64,000 nt of DNA from the human T2T-CHM13v2.0 reference genome, Homo sapiens: the NCBI RefSeq assembly GCF_009914755.1, contig NC_060929.1; one strand, written 5' to 3'. A program made the position numbers and the translations under genes. This document shows, in pieces, positions 47,396-62,119 of the stretch (within the stretch, counting starts at the first letter, position 1; every line of letters begins with the position of its first letter). The notes under the pieces were generated by a model that had not been told where the DNA came from, did no database searches, and saw only the letters and a program-made list of their open reading frames with translations.

Positions 47396-49204
47396 ACGTT
47401 GTGCTGCTTTCTAGGGGCTCCTGACATCTTAAGTCAGGCGGCCAAATCCACTGTGGACTCCAGAAGTTGTGCCAGTGTTACACACCCAGAGTGCAGTCTG
47501 TTGTGCTAATGATGGAATGGCAACAGTTAAGCCATTTTCCATTGCTACAGAAATTCCAGTATTGGAGCCTTTTTTTACTCCAGAAGTCAAGGTTTCCAGA
47601 AGAGCTAGCTTAACCCCAAGGAACATATCATGAAGTTTGTCTTTCCTCTTGGGTTCTGAGGACCGGAGAGCATTCCCTACTTTTTCAGAAAATTGGTTAA
47701 GACGTATTAGGAACACTTAAAACCCAGAGGAATTAAAGCTTGTTCGTGTTGTGTGGGGCAGATCACGTGAGTTGTGTATCATGCCTGACACAATGGACTA
47801 CAATCTAAGTTTGCTAATTTGCAGTGAATATTGCTTATGTATGCTATTTAACAAACTAGAGTCTTTTTTTTTTGCCTCATTCTGACACCTGTTTTTCACT
47901 GAGTATAAGACATTCAGCAAGCCCATTTGAAGATAAGCCATCAAAACAAAGCCCAAAAGAGCTAATTCTGCAGCTGCAAGCCCCAGCCTCAGCCTTCCTG
48001 CTCCTCATCTCCAGGGTCTGTGCAGTGGGTGGGGAGGAAGGAACAACGTCACCTCGTGTAAACGCCAGCATCCATCCCCATTACCTGTGCATCTGAGGGT
48101 ACAGCGTGAGCACCAGCGAAGTGGTCATTTGTTCTTAGAGCCTGCAACCTCTGGTGCATGGTCCATGAATAATTAAGACCACCTGATGTATAAACCATCA
48201 TGTCAAAGTGAGTGTTTTGCATTGCATTTTGAAGCCAGTCCTACAGAAACTTCCTTCCTGCCTGTCTTCTTCTATGTCTCCTGATTTTCCTTCTCTTGAT
48301 TTGTGGCAAGTTTGACTCTTGAGATTGCTGACCCTCTAAGCAGGGACTGGATCTGACTTTAGGCTTCTTTGTAACCTCTGATGCTGCAGTGGGACTCAGG
48401 GAATCTCAGATAACATCACGATAGGACCTGGACACCTAATATCAAACATACACACCAATGCCAGAAGTACCAAAGCAGAAGGAAGAGATTTTTTTATACT
48501 TAGATAGTCAAGAAGATTCTTTTCTCTAGAGTCATACCTTCATTTGTCAACACCTCTGAGAACCGGGCTGCCAGGAAGTCCTGGAAGAGATATTCAGCAT
48601 TTGGCGCTAGTCGCTCCTACTCTCCAGTTTCTATAAGGTCTGGAGAATGACTTTACCACTGCTGGTTACCACAGCCACATCTGCGTGATACGCAGAGGGA
48701 AAGCTGCATAATTTATGATGTGTAAGACTACGATTATGAACTGGGATTTCACAAATCAAGCCCAGTGGAAACATAACCAGGAGAGTCAGTTGACTTGAAA
48801 CGGAGCCCACATCTCTGTGCAGGATTTACCACCATGCCTGTCTGGTTCATCCCATCATGAAGCGTGCAGGCCCCTGACTAGCCTTCGGGGCCAGATCTTT
48901 CACTAGTTACAGAAACCTGGGAAAACATACAGCAATTGAGCACCGGCAGCCCGTTCTGTTGGGTCAGCAGAGAGTGCTTTAAAAAACTTGAAATAGGACA
49001 CGTTTGGGTAAGTGGTGGCCCCCACAAGTCCCTATTTTCTAAACCCAGACATTTTACGCATTTATGTGACTCCACCTCTGAATGTGTCATGCCTGAATAG
49101 AACCTTGGAGAAGCAAGTACCTGTACTTAAATGTGCACCTTCCTCCCACCTTGACTACAGAAGATGTCAGAAAGGGAAGGGGGGTGCCATAGAGATGGGC
49201 TTAC

Positions 49205-49373
49205 TGTGCTGGTCGCTCCTGTCCCTTGTCCCATCCACTGTGCCATCCGGAAGGATCCTCAGGAAGTGGCCCCCGTTGCTACAGTAGAGGAGTTTGGGCT
49301 TCTTGTAATTCCCTGGAGGCAGATTAAACTTCTCGGTCAGGGCTGTGAAGGTGGTGATTTCCCCTTCAGCCAT
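49205..49373 (-). CDS. FGF1: FGF1 coding exon 1 (169 nt, aa 1-56 plus first base of Ile57)
   Basis: Translates [56 protein letters not shown], the human FGF1 N-terminus including the NYKKPKL nuclear localisation motif. Kozak context GCCATGG; donor CA|GTAAGC at 49205/49204. Confidence 0.99.
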
Positions 49374-49407
49374 GGCTCAGCAGCTGCTGCTTGTGGCGCT
49401 TTCAAGA
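49374..49407 (-). other. FGF1: 5' UTR part of the first coding exon (common acceptor 34 nt upstream of the ATG)
   Basis: caatttcttacag|TCTTGAAAGCGCCACAAGCAGCAGCTGCTGAGCC-ATG. FGF1's alternative non-coding first exons are known to splice to this acceptor. Confidence 0.92.
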
Positions 49408-50468
49408 CTGTAAGAAATTGAACAAACCTGTAGTCGGTTCTTCCAGCAAAGGCACAAAATGCACTTTGAAGAGAGGAAGGACAGCTCCAGGGCACAGGGT
49501 TCCCGGGTAGTGAGTAAGCACAGCCTGCCCAGGTGATGCCCGCAGTCCGCGGGCCTGTGAGGTGGCTGGTGGTTAAGGAAGGATGGTCCCAGGCCTGGGA
49601 GGGGTTTCCAGGGCATTTTTCTCTCTTCCCAATTGGACACAGCTTTGGACCAAACTGCATTTTTTAGAACTTCAAATTTAATCATCTGACCATGGGGAAA
49701 AGAATCATGTTTTGGTCCCTCCTTCTGGTCCACACACATCCTCAAATTAAACACCAAAGTTGCACTAAAATAACACCTAGGGTCTGGCTGAAACCCACAA
49801 AAGCTGAGAGGCCAGGACCAAGGTTCTGCCCTCCACCCTCACGTTGCGTTGGTGAGGTACCGCGAAGCAGATAGCACAGATGGCCTGGACGTTCGGGACC
49901 TGCAGCCAAAGGCACAGGAGGCCTTTCAGGGACACAACAGGGAAAGTAAAGGGTTAGTATGTTAAGGGAAGCTTCTGGATTTGCTGGGGGAAACAGAACT
50001 GGAACCAGGGAAAAAGGCACAGAGTGGGAGTAAGTGGGGTTTTTAAAGGGCAAATACCATATCAAAGGAAATGTTATGAGACAGATCATTATGAAGGCTA
50101 TGCCTGGTTCCTGCCCATTCTGCAGCTTTCCACATAGCTTCATGTGGCACAGAGAAGGTGGGTCTGTCCCTTGCACGCAGGCTGTTTTCATCCTAGCTAT
50201 TTTCTAATGTGAGATAGAACACAGAAACCACCATATTATATATAATATACCTTTAACATTATATGTAGCCACTACATACAAACTTATATTATTAATGTGA
50301 AAATGCATCACTTACACCTCAAAGGATTAAAAAACAAAACCAATGAGCATTAGAATTGGTTAAAACATATACTTGCCCCACCATTTAGGAGAAGGAAGTG
50401 CTGGTGACTCTAAAAACTGAAAAGAAAGAGGCCAAAAAGAGACCAGGAAACTAACGTGTGAACTGCAC

Positions 50469-50767
50469 TTTTTTTTTTTTCTCCTGAGACGGAGTCTCTG
50501 TAGCCCAGGATGGAGTGCAGTAGCACGATCTCAGCTCACTGCAACCTTGGCCTCCCGGGTCCCAGTTCAAGCAATTCTCCTGCCTTAGCCTCCCAAGTAG
50601 CTGAGATTACAGGAATGCGCCACCACACCAGGCTAATTTTTATATTTTTAGTAGAGATGGGGTTTCACCATGTTGGCCAGGCTGGTCTTGAACTCATGAC
50701 CTCGTGATCCGCCTGCCTCGGCCTCCCAAAGTGCTGGGATTACAGGCGTAAGCCACCGCGCCCGGCC
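50469..50767 (-). mobile_element. Alu (AluSg-like)
   Basis: Reverse Alu dimer. Confidence 0.93.
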
Positions 50768-52309
50768 TGGGAGCTGTACTTTGTAAGTGTGAGTAGTGAA
50801 TGTGATCATCAATACATATTGATTATCAAGTGGTCTTAGAATAAAAATCATCACCCTCATCATTAACGTATTTTGGGCTACAGGTTATCTCAAGTAATCT
50901 CACCATAATCCCTTGAAGTGGACACTAATATTATCATCATTTTTAATAAAACCAAAGCTTACAGATGTTCAGTGACCTGCCCAAGGGCAACAGCTAGTAA
51001 GCGATGGAGCTGAATCGCAAAAGGAGTCTGGGAACAGAAAGCCCCAATTTGCCCTTGATCACCATGAAAAGGTTTAGTGACTTTATCCACACTAGTCTTT
51101 TTATGAGGAGTGGGGTTTTTACCCATTGCCTGACATGTACATCTGCCACCATTAACTTGTCATTCATATATTTATTTGTGACCCAAAGGTTGGCTAGTCT
51201 CCACCAACAGCCTCTCCTTTTGCCCCCATGCCATCTGTGAAACAGGACTCCATGCATCTCCACCTTCTCCAGGAGAAGCCCACCCCAGCAGCTTCGTGAG
51301 CATCATGGAAGACCAGCAGCTACCCTGCCTTCCCTGCACTAACCATCCATCAGTGCCTGTAGCAGCTGTGCGGAGCTGCTCTCATAGGAGATGGTTCCAT
51401 CATAAATCAAGACACCAATTACAATAATTTGTCCTTATGACTTTAAAATGAGGGCTCATGTTGGAAGCCTCCATCTGTTTTCTCTGCTCCTGGCATTTTA
51501 ATGTTTCTGGTACATTTTTCCCACTCTGCCACCACATGGGCCAGCCATTGTCCCTGGTTTCAACTAGTGTTGGAGGTGCCTCCAAGAATCCCAAAGAGAA
51601 TTTCGCAAATACCATATAAACTATATTTAAAGTCAGATCATCCCAAATGTCCCCTCCATCCCATATGGTGAAACTTCGATTAATTCTTTTCACATAATAC
51701 AGCAACAGACAGAAAATAAATATAATACCACATATATGTAATTTTATTTATGTCAATTTCACAGAGAGGATTGCAGAGTTTACCTTGCATAGTACAATCT
51801 CTCTCCATCCTCACTGTCTCTTCCAAACCTTACTTTCTTATCCATAAGCCTCTAAGTCCTTCTGTGTCCACCTCTGGCTCTCTTACTCTCTGTCCCTCTG
51901 TCTCTTCCTGTCTCTCCACTCACTCCTCTCTCCACCCAGCCTCTCACTCTAACTCCTCACTCCACTCCCTTCTGGATCCACTTCTAATGTAAAGCAATTT
52001 AGCTCTTCCCAGTGTGGATATCTTTATCCCTCACCTCTCTATTAGCACTCAACCATCACCAGATTCCCCTTCCTTAAAATACAACTAAGAGGTAATGATT
52101 TTTTTCTTTCATTTATTTTTTCCAAGCACTTCCTAAGTTATGTACTTCATTTGGTACAGGAGACAATAATTATATACCAGTGGTTGCCACTTAACTGCAC
52201 AAATAGTCATTTGTATTGTCAATCTTAGGTGGGCCGAATTTTGTTTCTCCTTGTCTCTGGACTTCCTCCAGTGTAGGTCCCATTTGCCTCTGATTGTGGG
52301 GCAATTTCA

Positions 52310-52642
<333 letters not shown>

Positions 52643-54173
52643 CTAGACCATGTGTGTATGAGCCATGCAGCCCAGACTTCATCACTGTGGAGTTTTCACT
52701 GGCTAAATAACCTCAGCCAGAGCCCAGCAGGTCCTCAGGGGCCCCTCCCTCCTGACCACAGTGTACCTGCAGTCATACAAGGCCACAACTCTGCTCTCTG
52801 CCTGATCCCCTCAGTGAGAGGGAGCATCATGAGGGTGCCTATACTGATGTCAGATGGCTCCCCAAACCCTTCAGATCCACAACTGAAAACCTGAAGGAGA
52901 CATGTAGGCTTCTGAAAATAAGCCTGGAGTCAACATGAAACTGACAGACCATGGTAACTGAGATTGATGACTCAGCTGAAACATATAAAAAATGAAATCC
53001 CTTTTTGTTGCTAAAGGAAACCCCAGGGGCATGAAAAGCCCTTATTTTAAACTTTATTTGTAATTTACCTATAGTTTGAGCGGTAGTTGGTCCAAAGTTC
53101 CTTGCCAATCCACTATTTGTTAAAGGGTAGAAATAAAGGAAGTATATGGCGTGATAAAACCATAAGGCAGCAACGTTAGCAGGTCCTTGGAGATTTACAC
53201 AAATTGCTTTAATAAATGAATCCATTAACTAAGTGAAATCAGGCATTAAGTGTAAGGAAATTTATAAGCTCTGCTTCTTGTTACTATTTTCTTTTTAGTG
53301 GCTGTCAGAGGAGGGGATTGTCTGTGTTGTGCTGGGAAATGGAGAAGATCAAGCCCAGCGAACTCCGTGTCACCATTGTGCACGAAGCCTAGCCCTTTGA
53401 GATTTGGGGTACGGGTGAGATTTTAGGAAATCCAGATGATTTTTTTGATTTATCAGTGACACCCAGGTTAGAGGAACACCAAGCCTATTGGAACATCTGT
53501 GTTAAGGCTGACATACTTTGTCAGCTGTGGCCTCTGGAAGGGAACCTGAACTCTGACACATGAACAGGATGTGGATAGTAAGCAACCACTTTGGCTCTGG
53601 GAACCCGGGCGAGTCATTCACTCCTTCTGAGATGTTTCCTCTAATAATTCTCATCCTGCCTCTCACACAGTTGTCTAAAGGATTAAATGGGTACAATATT
53701 GATACAGCGCTTGAAAAATTGGACCTGACCTATAGGAGATAATAGTAACTGGTTATGTTGAACTCGTTGGAGCCTGGTGTGATCTAAGTCAGCTGTGATT
53801 AAATGCTTAATTTAAAATAATTTTTTAATTGGTTTGAAAATAGAAGTTTTTCATTCCCATATTTGGCAGAAATTAGCTAAGCTCCTCCCCCTGTGCTGTA
53901 AGCCACAAACATAGCAGAGAAGATGAAAGGCACAAAGGTAAGCCATGGTTATGTAAGAAAAAATCCTGGTCTGCATTTCAGACTCAGTTCTCAGCTTATC
54001 AACAGTTAATATAGTGACAGTTACTATATAGTTATTACAGTTATTTGCGAGGCCCATTATTTCTAGGAGACATTTGTGCCCAGCTTGGCCCTGGAAACTA
54101 AGCTGGAAGGAAAGACTGTGATGTGTTAAGAATCAAAGGAAGGCAAACACTGACATTTATTTTTTAGTTGTTT

Positions 54174-54480
54174 TGTTTTTTTTTTTTTTTTTTTTTTTTG
54201 AGACGGAGTCCCGCTCTTTAGCCCAGGCCGGATTGCAGTGGCACAATCTCGGCTCACTGCAAGCTCCGCCTCCCAGGTTCACGCCATTCTCCTGCCTCAG
54301 CCTCCTGAGTAGCTGGGACTACAGGCGCCTGCCACCGCGCCCGGCTAATTTTTTGTATTTTTAGTAGAGACGGGGTTTCACCGTGTTAGCCAAGATGGTC
54401 TCCATCTCCTGACCTTGTGATCCGTCCGCCTCAGCCTCCCAAAGTGCTGGGATTACAGGCGTGAGCCACCACGCCCAGCC
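54174..54480 (-). mobile_element. AluY-type
   Basis: CTGCAAGCTCCGCC, TTCACGCCATTCT, long T tract. Confidence 0.94.
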
Positions 54481-54788
54481 TTTAGTTTTGTTTTTAATCC
54501 CTGTCACTGTGTAAGCAATGTGGAATACCCATGAAGGAGGATATTTTGCAGAGTATATAAAGCCACTGAAGGTAGATGTGTAGACAGACACCTGCTAAGG
54601 TGATAATTGGATGTATCCTCAAACCCAGCATATACAAAACAGGCCTTGGCTTTGGTTCCAAATATGCTCTAAGTCCTTGCTGCCTGTGGCTATGAATGGC
54701 ATCACCCAAAATCTTAATTCTTCCTTAGAGATATTAACTAAATTTTGTTAAGTCAAATATACATGTTAAATGTTAAAGGTAACTACTA

Positions 54789-55235
<447 letters not shown>

Positions 55236-55383
55236 CTAAATTTACTAGCTACTGTTTTTTTTTTAACTCCATCTGCACTCTGATTACAAGAGACACATTT
55301 AAAACATAATGACATAGAGAGGTTAAAAGCAAAAGAATGAAAAATAGATACCAGACAAATGTTAATAAAAAAATTGAAAACTC

Positions 55384-55697
<314 letters not shown>

Positions 55698-56544
55698 TTA
55701 ATATCAGATAAAGTAGGTCTAAGGCAAAAAGAATGACTAAAGATAAAAGGGATTGCCACATAATAAGTGGATTAATTCAACAGAAAGATATACAAATTCC
55801 AAACATGTATATATCTAATGACATAGCCTCAAAATACATAAAACAAAAATTGACAAATATGTAAAGAGAAAGTGACAACTCCGCAATTATGGTGGGAGAT
55901 TTTATAATACATTTCTGTCATAAATGATAGAGCAAACAGACACCAAATATTAATATGTAGAAGATTGAAATACACAACTAGTAAACTTAATTGATGAGTG
56001 TATAAAAGAACCTTGTACCCAACAATGAAGTGAACATCATTCTTATCAAAGATACATGGAGCATTTACGAAAATTGACCATGTACCAGGTCATAAGGCAA
56101 GACAACCCAAATAGAAAAATTTGTTTCATTCAGACTATTCTTTGGGCAGAATAGAAATCACTCCCACCTGTTCAGTTGGTGAAAATGCCCTTTCAGTTTT
56201 ACCTTTTTAGTGTCTCCTAAAGCCATCCTCTTTTCTCCAGCCTCACTTCTGTTGCCTTAGCACAGACCCAGCACCTGTCTCACCTGGGCTGCTGCAGCAG
56301 GTCCCACCTTTCCAGCACTGCCTTCTTTCAATCCACTGTCAATTCTGCTGCTAGTGACCATTCTAACTCATCACTCCCCTGCTGTAGATCTTTGACTGGG
56401 TCATTGATTTCCCGTTGTCTTTCCAGATAAAACCCAGACTCCTGCCATGACCTGTGAGGCTCTCATCATTTGACCCCTTCTTAACCCTGTGACTTTTTCT
56501 CTTATTGGCCTCTTTTTATAGTCCCCCTACACCCTCATACTCAC

Positions 56545-56592
56545 CCAGGTCTTAGCCCAAACATTGTGCTGCTGCCAACAGTATTTTTTCTC
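56545..56592 (-). other. FGF1: Probable upstream non-coding exon of FGF1 (1D-type); 5' end approximate
   Basis: Minus strand reads ...CTGTTGGCAGCAGCACAATGTTTGGGCTAAGACCTGG|gtgagtat, a strong donor ~7.1 kb upstream of the ATG. This fits my recollection of the most proximal FGF1 alternative first exon. Confidence 0.7.
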
Positions 56593-56669
56593 TCTCTCTT
56601 TTTCTCTTTCTCTTTCTCCCTCCCTCCCTTCCTCCCTCCTTCCCTCCTTTCCTCCACCCTTTCACCATG

Positions 56670-56750
56670 GTCTGACTAAGTCACACTCACCCTTCAAAAA
56701 TTTAGCTGGATATTTCGGATATTTCCTCCTCGAGCAAGCCTTATTTGGAC
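56670..56750 (-). promoter_or_regulatory. Candidate FGF1 proximal promoter: CArG box with adjacent Ets-like and AP-1-like sites
   Basis: Perfect CC(A/T)6GG (CCTTATTTGG) at 56739-56748; AGGAAAT on the minus strand at ~56721-56727; TGACTAA at 56673-56679. Confidence 0.65.
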
Positions 56751-58197
56751 ACATCCCCCAACCCTAACCTCCCTACTCTTTCTTAAAATTCACATATACC
56801 AGTTTAGGTGGGTTCATTCCCCTGTGCTCTCCCAACAGCAGACAGCATTTCCTTTACTTCACTGCAGCGCTGGGTGTAATTCCCATCTATATCCCCCTGC
56901 CTAAACTCTTCAGTGATTTCCCATTGCTCTGGGACAAAAACAAAAGCCTTGCTGTGGCCTGCAGGACTCTGGGAGGTTCAGCCCTTACTCCCCCTCTGCC
57001 TCATTTCCCATCACGTCTCCCTCCAAACTTGCCTTCCATTTTCTGATTCCCCCCACCCTAGGACCTTTGCCCATGCTGTTCCCTCTGGAGTGATGTTCCT
57101 CTCTTTCTCTCTACCCTACTCCCCTGGTTAACTCCTAATTTTTCTTCAAATTTTAGTTCAACTCTCAATTCCTCATGAAAGCCTTTCCTGTCTTCCCTGA
57201 ACTGAGTCAGGTTCCTCCAGTTCTCATAGGACCATTTAACATTTCTTCATGGCTCTTACTACCAGTGTTTAATTACACATTCACTCTTGTGATTATTTAA
57301 TGTCTCTTTTCATGACTGGACTGTCAGCTCCATGATAGTACAAACCAATTGGTCTTGCTCACAATGGTATCCCAGTGCCTAGCAAAATGCCTGACACCTG
57401 ATGGGCATTTGATAAACATCTGTTGAATGGGCAAATGAATGTAATTTAACTACGTTTACTTCACTGACTCCTTCATTAGTCTCTGAGACCCTGGGACAGA
57501 AACTATGCCTTTTCTTTCTGTATCTAGCATTGAGCAAATACCTATGCATTATTAGTGTCCTGTGAATTCTTGTTGATTGAAGGGCCAGTCCTTTCTCAGG
57601 AGCCTCTTGTGGAACATCTTATCAGACTACCTAATTAGCAGGTGATGTCCTATAGGTATTGACAAAGAAGCTAAGCCAAGAGTCTAAATGTATTTTAATT
57701 GGGTTCAAATTAGGCCAGAATACCCTACCTTTGGTTAAAGGCAGGCTCAAACCCTGTCCTCATCTTGTAATAAATACTTCCTTATTTCTTTAAAGAAAAT
57801 ACTATGGAAACTAAGGATCTCAGAAAGGAAGTGATCAGCTCCTTTAGTCTCAAGTCTGAACTTATCTAACCAAGAAAAATATTTGTAGGGCCTGGAAAAA
57901 ACATCCAGGCTTTTATTATTTCTGCCACAGCGTGTTAGGCTGGCAGGGCCCCACCTTCCACTCCCTGGTGAAGGAAAGTTTGCCGAAGAAAGGGAGGCAG
58001 TGTGTTCTTTGCTTTCTATTTCTTCTGCTCCATGTTCCATGGTCTGTACTGGGTCTGAGGTAGGAGTGTAGCCATGGCTGATTGGCCTGGGCTAGCATCT
58101 CAGCATGCTGCCCCCAAACCAGTTCTGTTCCATGAGCTGAAATCTCATCTTCCGTGGTTGACAGTAAACTGTGGACTTGACTATGGGATGGACTTGA

Positions 58198-58398
58198 CAA
58201 TGGTGTGCAGGAGACAGCTCCCAGAAGCTCATGAAAGCCAATTATTAAATATTCAGGAATTTTACTATTATTAAACCATTAATATCTTGAAATCAACCCT
58301 GGTGAGAGTATTTATATCATAGAAATTGGCAAATGCCAGGGCTTTTAAAATTCTCCTTTTTTTTCCCCTCTGATAGCTGGTTTACCCAGCATACTGCT
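58198..58398. mobile_element. MER63-like hAT DNA transposon remnant
   Basis: TGGTGTGCAGGAG...TTAAATATTCAGGAATTTT...CCAGCATACTG. Confidence 0.4.
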
Positions 58399-58595
58399 AA
58401 ACTTGGGTTTGAATCCTGGTTGGACACTCACTAGTAAATGACTCATTCTCACAGTGCCCCAGTTTCCTCATCTGCAAAATGGGGCTGCATAACAGTAGCT
58501 ACTGAACAGAGTCACTGTAATCTCAGCACTTGAGAACTTGTAAGCATTCGATAGATATTAGCTTGACTATCACCAGCTGTGTACCCTTTTGACAC

Positions 58596-58927
<332 letters not shown>

Positions 58928-58994
58928 TGATTTAGGATTGAACAAGCTTGATTTTTCATATTTAGAAATATTTTGTGTCATTTCATTAAAAAAA

Positions 58995-59620
<626 letters not shown>

Positions 59621-60037
59621 TAGTAATATTTTAGGAGTATTCGAAAAATACCATGTTCTAAGTGATAGGTTAGAACTTTCCATTGTCATTTATAAGCACT
59701 GATGCACTGCTCTCATTTGCTTAGGTGCTCAACATGACGTGCTAGTGATGAATTTTCAGTATATTTCATGGGTCTACATGTGTTACTGTTCAGGATGACA
59801 GAGAATGTGCTTAATAGTCTTTCTCTTCTGCTCTTTAATTTAGGATACTTTTAATTCTAAAGACTCCCCAAGTCACTGAGAATAAACTGTCCCCTGGTTT
59901 CTAGAATCAAATATTATTTGAGGGAGATCAAGATGTCACATACTCTAGAAGTCAACAACTTCTACTCAGTGCCTGCCATGGGCAGAATGCTGCAGACATC
60001 CTGGAAATTTAAAAAAGAAAAGAAAGAAAAAGAAAGA

Positions 60038-60352
60038 CCTGAGATCCCTAATCCACAATTCTGAAATTCAAAAAGCTCTGAAAGCTAGAAGTTCTTTCAT
60101 AACAGATTGTGGCAAAACCTAGCCCAAACTGTCCTGAGACTTAAAGTCTATTTGTTCTGCATTGTGTTAATAATACTTATATAATCTGGTACAGTTACTA
60201 ATGTGTTTGATTCTAGGGTAGTGTCCCAGACACCACTGGAGTTGTTCCATAATATACAACATATGCACCATACTACCTCGCTAAAATTACCCAAATTCTA
60301 GATTCTGAAACATATCTAGCCCAAGGCTTTTCAAATAAGGGATTATGGGTTG
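60038..60352. mobile_element. MER46C-like Tigger element
   Basis: ATCCCTAATCC...CAAAAAGCTCTGAAA...ATTCTGAAACATATCTAGCCCAAGG...ATAAGGGATT. Confidence 0.7.
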
Positions 60353-60561
60353 GTAGTAGAAATCAGTTGCTGCCTTTAAGGAGTTTACAGTCTAGCCACA
60401 CCAGACTCATCAAGCCATGTTTCAGATAAGAGGGACATAGATGCTTGCATCTAGTGTAACTGGCAGGAAGTGGGGCTGTTATCTAATCCAGCTGTGTCAC
60501 CAAACAGCTCAGTCCCAGCCCCAGCTTGCACACTTCATAACGAAGAGAGAGAACTACAAGC

Positions 60562-60563
<2 letters not shown>

Positions 60564-60598
<35 letters not shown>
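60564..60598. repeat. (CA)n microsatellite
   Basis: About 17 uninterrupted AC units. Confidence 0.97.
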
Positions 60599-60600
<2 letters not shown>

Positions 60601-61630
60601 TCCTGTAGTATCCTTTATTTCTTCCCTTGATTCTGTATGTTTTTTCCCTGCAGTCTGGCTTATTCATCCACAAAACACTCCCCCTCATAGAGCATCATTC
60701 AGTTGGAGGTCAGGAATTCTTTTAAGTGCTTAGAGAAAACAGTATCCACTCCAGAAGGAAAAACAGAGTGCTCCCTGGTGCAATGGTGTGCTCTGCCGGC
60801 CCCCATTCTGTCTGAACTTTAATGGTACACCACGGTCCAAACCATCCGGCCGGCCCTGGGCCATCCTGAAGACCTGCACACATCTTAAATGGAAATATCC
60901 TTCCTGCAGATGGACACATTAAAGCCCCAGGGCTTCACGCCAAATGCAAAGTGATTCTGCAGGGGCTCTGGCAGCCCTTCGCCACCTCCTTTAGCCTTCT
61001 CTTACTGATGTGTCTCCAAAAATCTTTTGAATCTGTTGTTGTGCAAGTTACAATTTCCAGAACCAGCCTGGCAAGGACATTCCTTTCTCGAAATCAGCCA
61101 ACATTCCAGCTTATAGGAAGATGGTCTGTTGGCTGCATCTTTTTTTTCTTTCCCCTTGACCTAGAAAATTTAGCTTCTCCAGATGCAGTCTTTTGAAGTA
61201 TGTGTTTGTTATCTCTTTAGAAATGCTGAGGGCTTGCCCTACCATTTGTTACTCAATAGCCGACTCTGGACCTATCCGTAAATAATAAAATATGTCCACA
61301 AATAATAATATAATGACCCTTCTTGAACATTTACTGTATGCCAGATATGGTTCTAAGCACATTACATTAATTAATCCTCAAATTCTGTTAGGAAAGTATT
61401 TTTGTTTTTGTTTTTGTTTTTGGCTAGGAAGGAAATGAATAGAATAGTATTCTCTGTGCAATCACCTACCCTAGCCTGTTTTAATGCCCCAACATTCCAA
61501 AGTTTAATTAACAGAAAAGGGAAGCTGTCCTCGACTGAACTCAAGGCATTGTCTGAGTTCCCCCATTTGGCAGCTAAGGAAGTGAGGCTCAGAAAGTTTA
61601 TGTCACTTTTCTAAGATCATACCACTAAAT

Positions 61631-61675
61631 ATTAAAAGTAATGGCAAAAGCGCAATTACTTTTGCACCAACCTAA
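61631..61675. mobile_element. Half MADE1 (solo Hsmar1 terminal inverted repeat) inside a MIR
   Basis: ATTAAAAGTAATGGCAAAAGCGCAATTACTTTTGCACCAACCTAA matches one arm of MADE1. Confidence 0.85.
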
Positions 61676-62119
61676 AACGTGTTGGAGCTGAGATCTGAAG
61701 GTAGGGTTTGCTGACTCCAGAGTCCACTATTTTCATTGCTGAATAAATGTGGATAAGAGAATAAAATGCCCCTTGAACTGAGTGACCCTTGAGCTTCTCT
61801 ATTCTTTTTACTCTACCAGCCCCCGGAACGTGTACAGCCCATTCGTTCATGTTCTAAAGGAGATATCTGTTTTTATTGAATGGAACTTTGCAAGTTCCTC
61901 CCCTGATGGCCTGTCCTCTTCACCGGGGTGCAGCGTCCCACCATCAGCACTTTCCTGATTGTCACTCCTGTGCCTCCTTTAGGTGACCCTGCAGCCTGTG
62001 AGACCATCTTGGCCCTTGTCAGGGCAGCCATTTGCCATTGCAGATGAAGGGTGGGGGAGAGGCCAGAGACTCCTTCAGACTGTGTTGGAAATGTCATGAA
62101 AATGGAAATTCTCACAACC

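Larger units (their letters stand above)
56205..57442 (+). mobile_element. L2 fragments, probably two pieces (~56205-56860 and ~56885-57442)
   Basis: TCACTCCCCTGCT...GATAAAACCCAGACTCCT; GGACCTTTGCCCATGCTGTTCCCTCTG; GACTGTCAGCTCCATGA...CCCAGTGCCTAGCA...TGTTGAATG. Confidence 0.7.

Noticed and set aside
49167-49204. Extension of the exon 1 ORF ([12 protein letters not shown])
   Set aside because: Intronic readthrough past the donor.
49377-50191. 126-149 aa ORFs upstream of the FGF1 ATG as an N-terminal extension or separate gene
   Set aside because: An in-frame TGA at 49379-49377 separates them from FGF1; they use non-ATG starts and show no recognisable domain.
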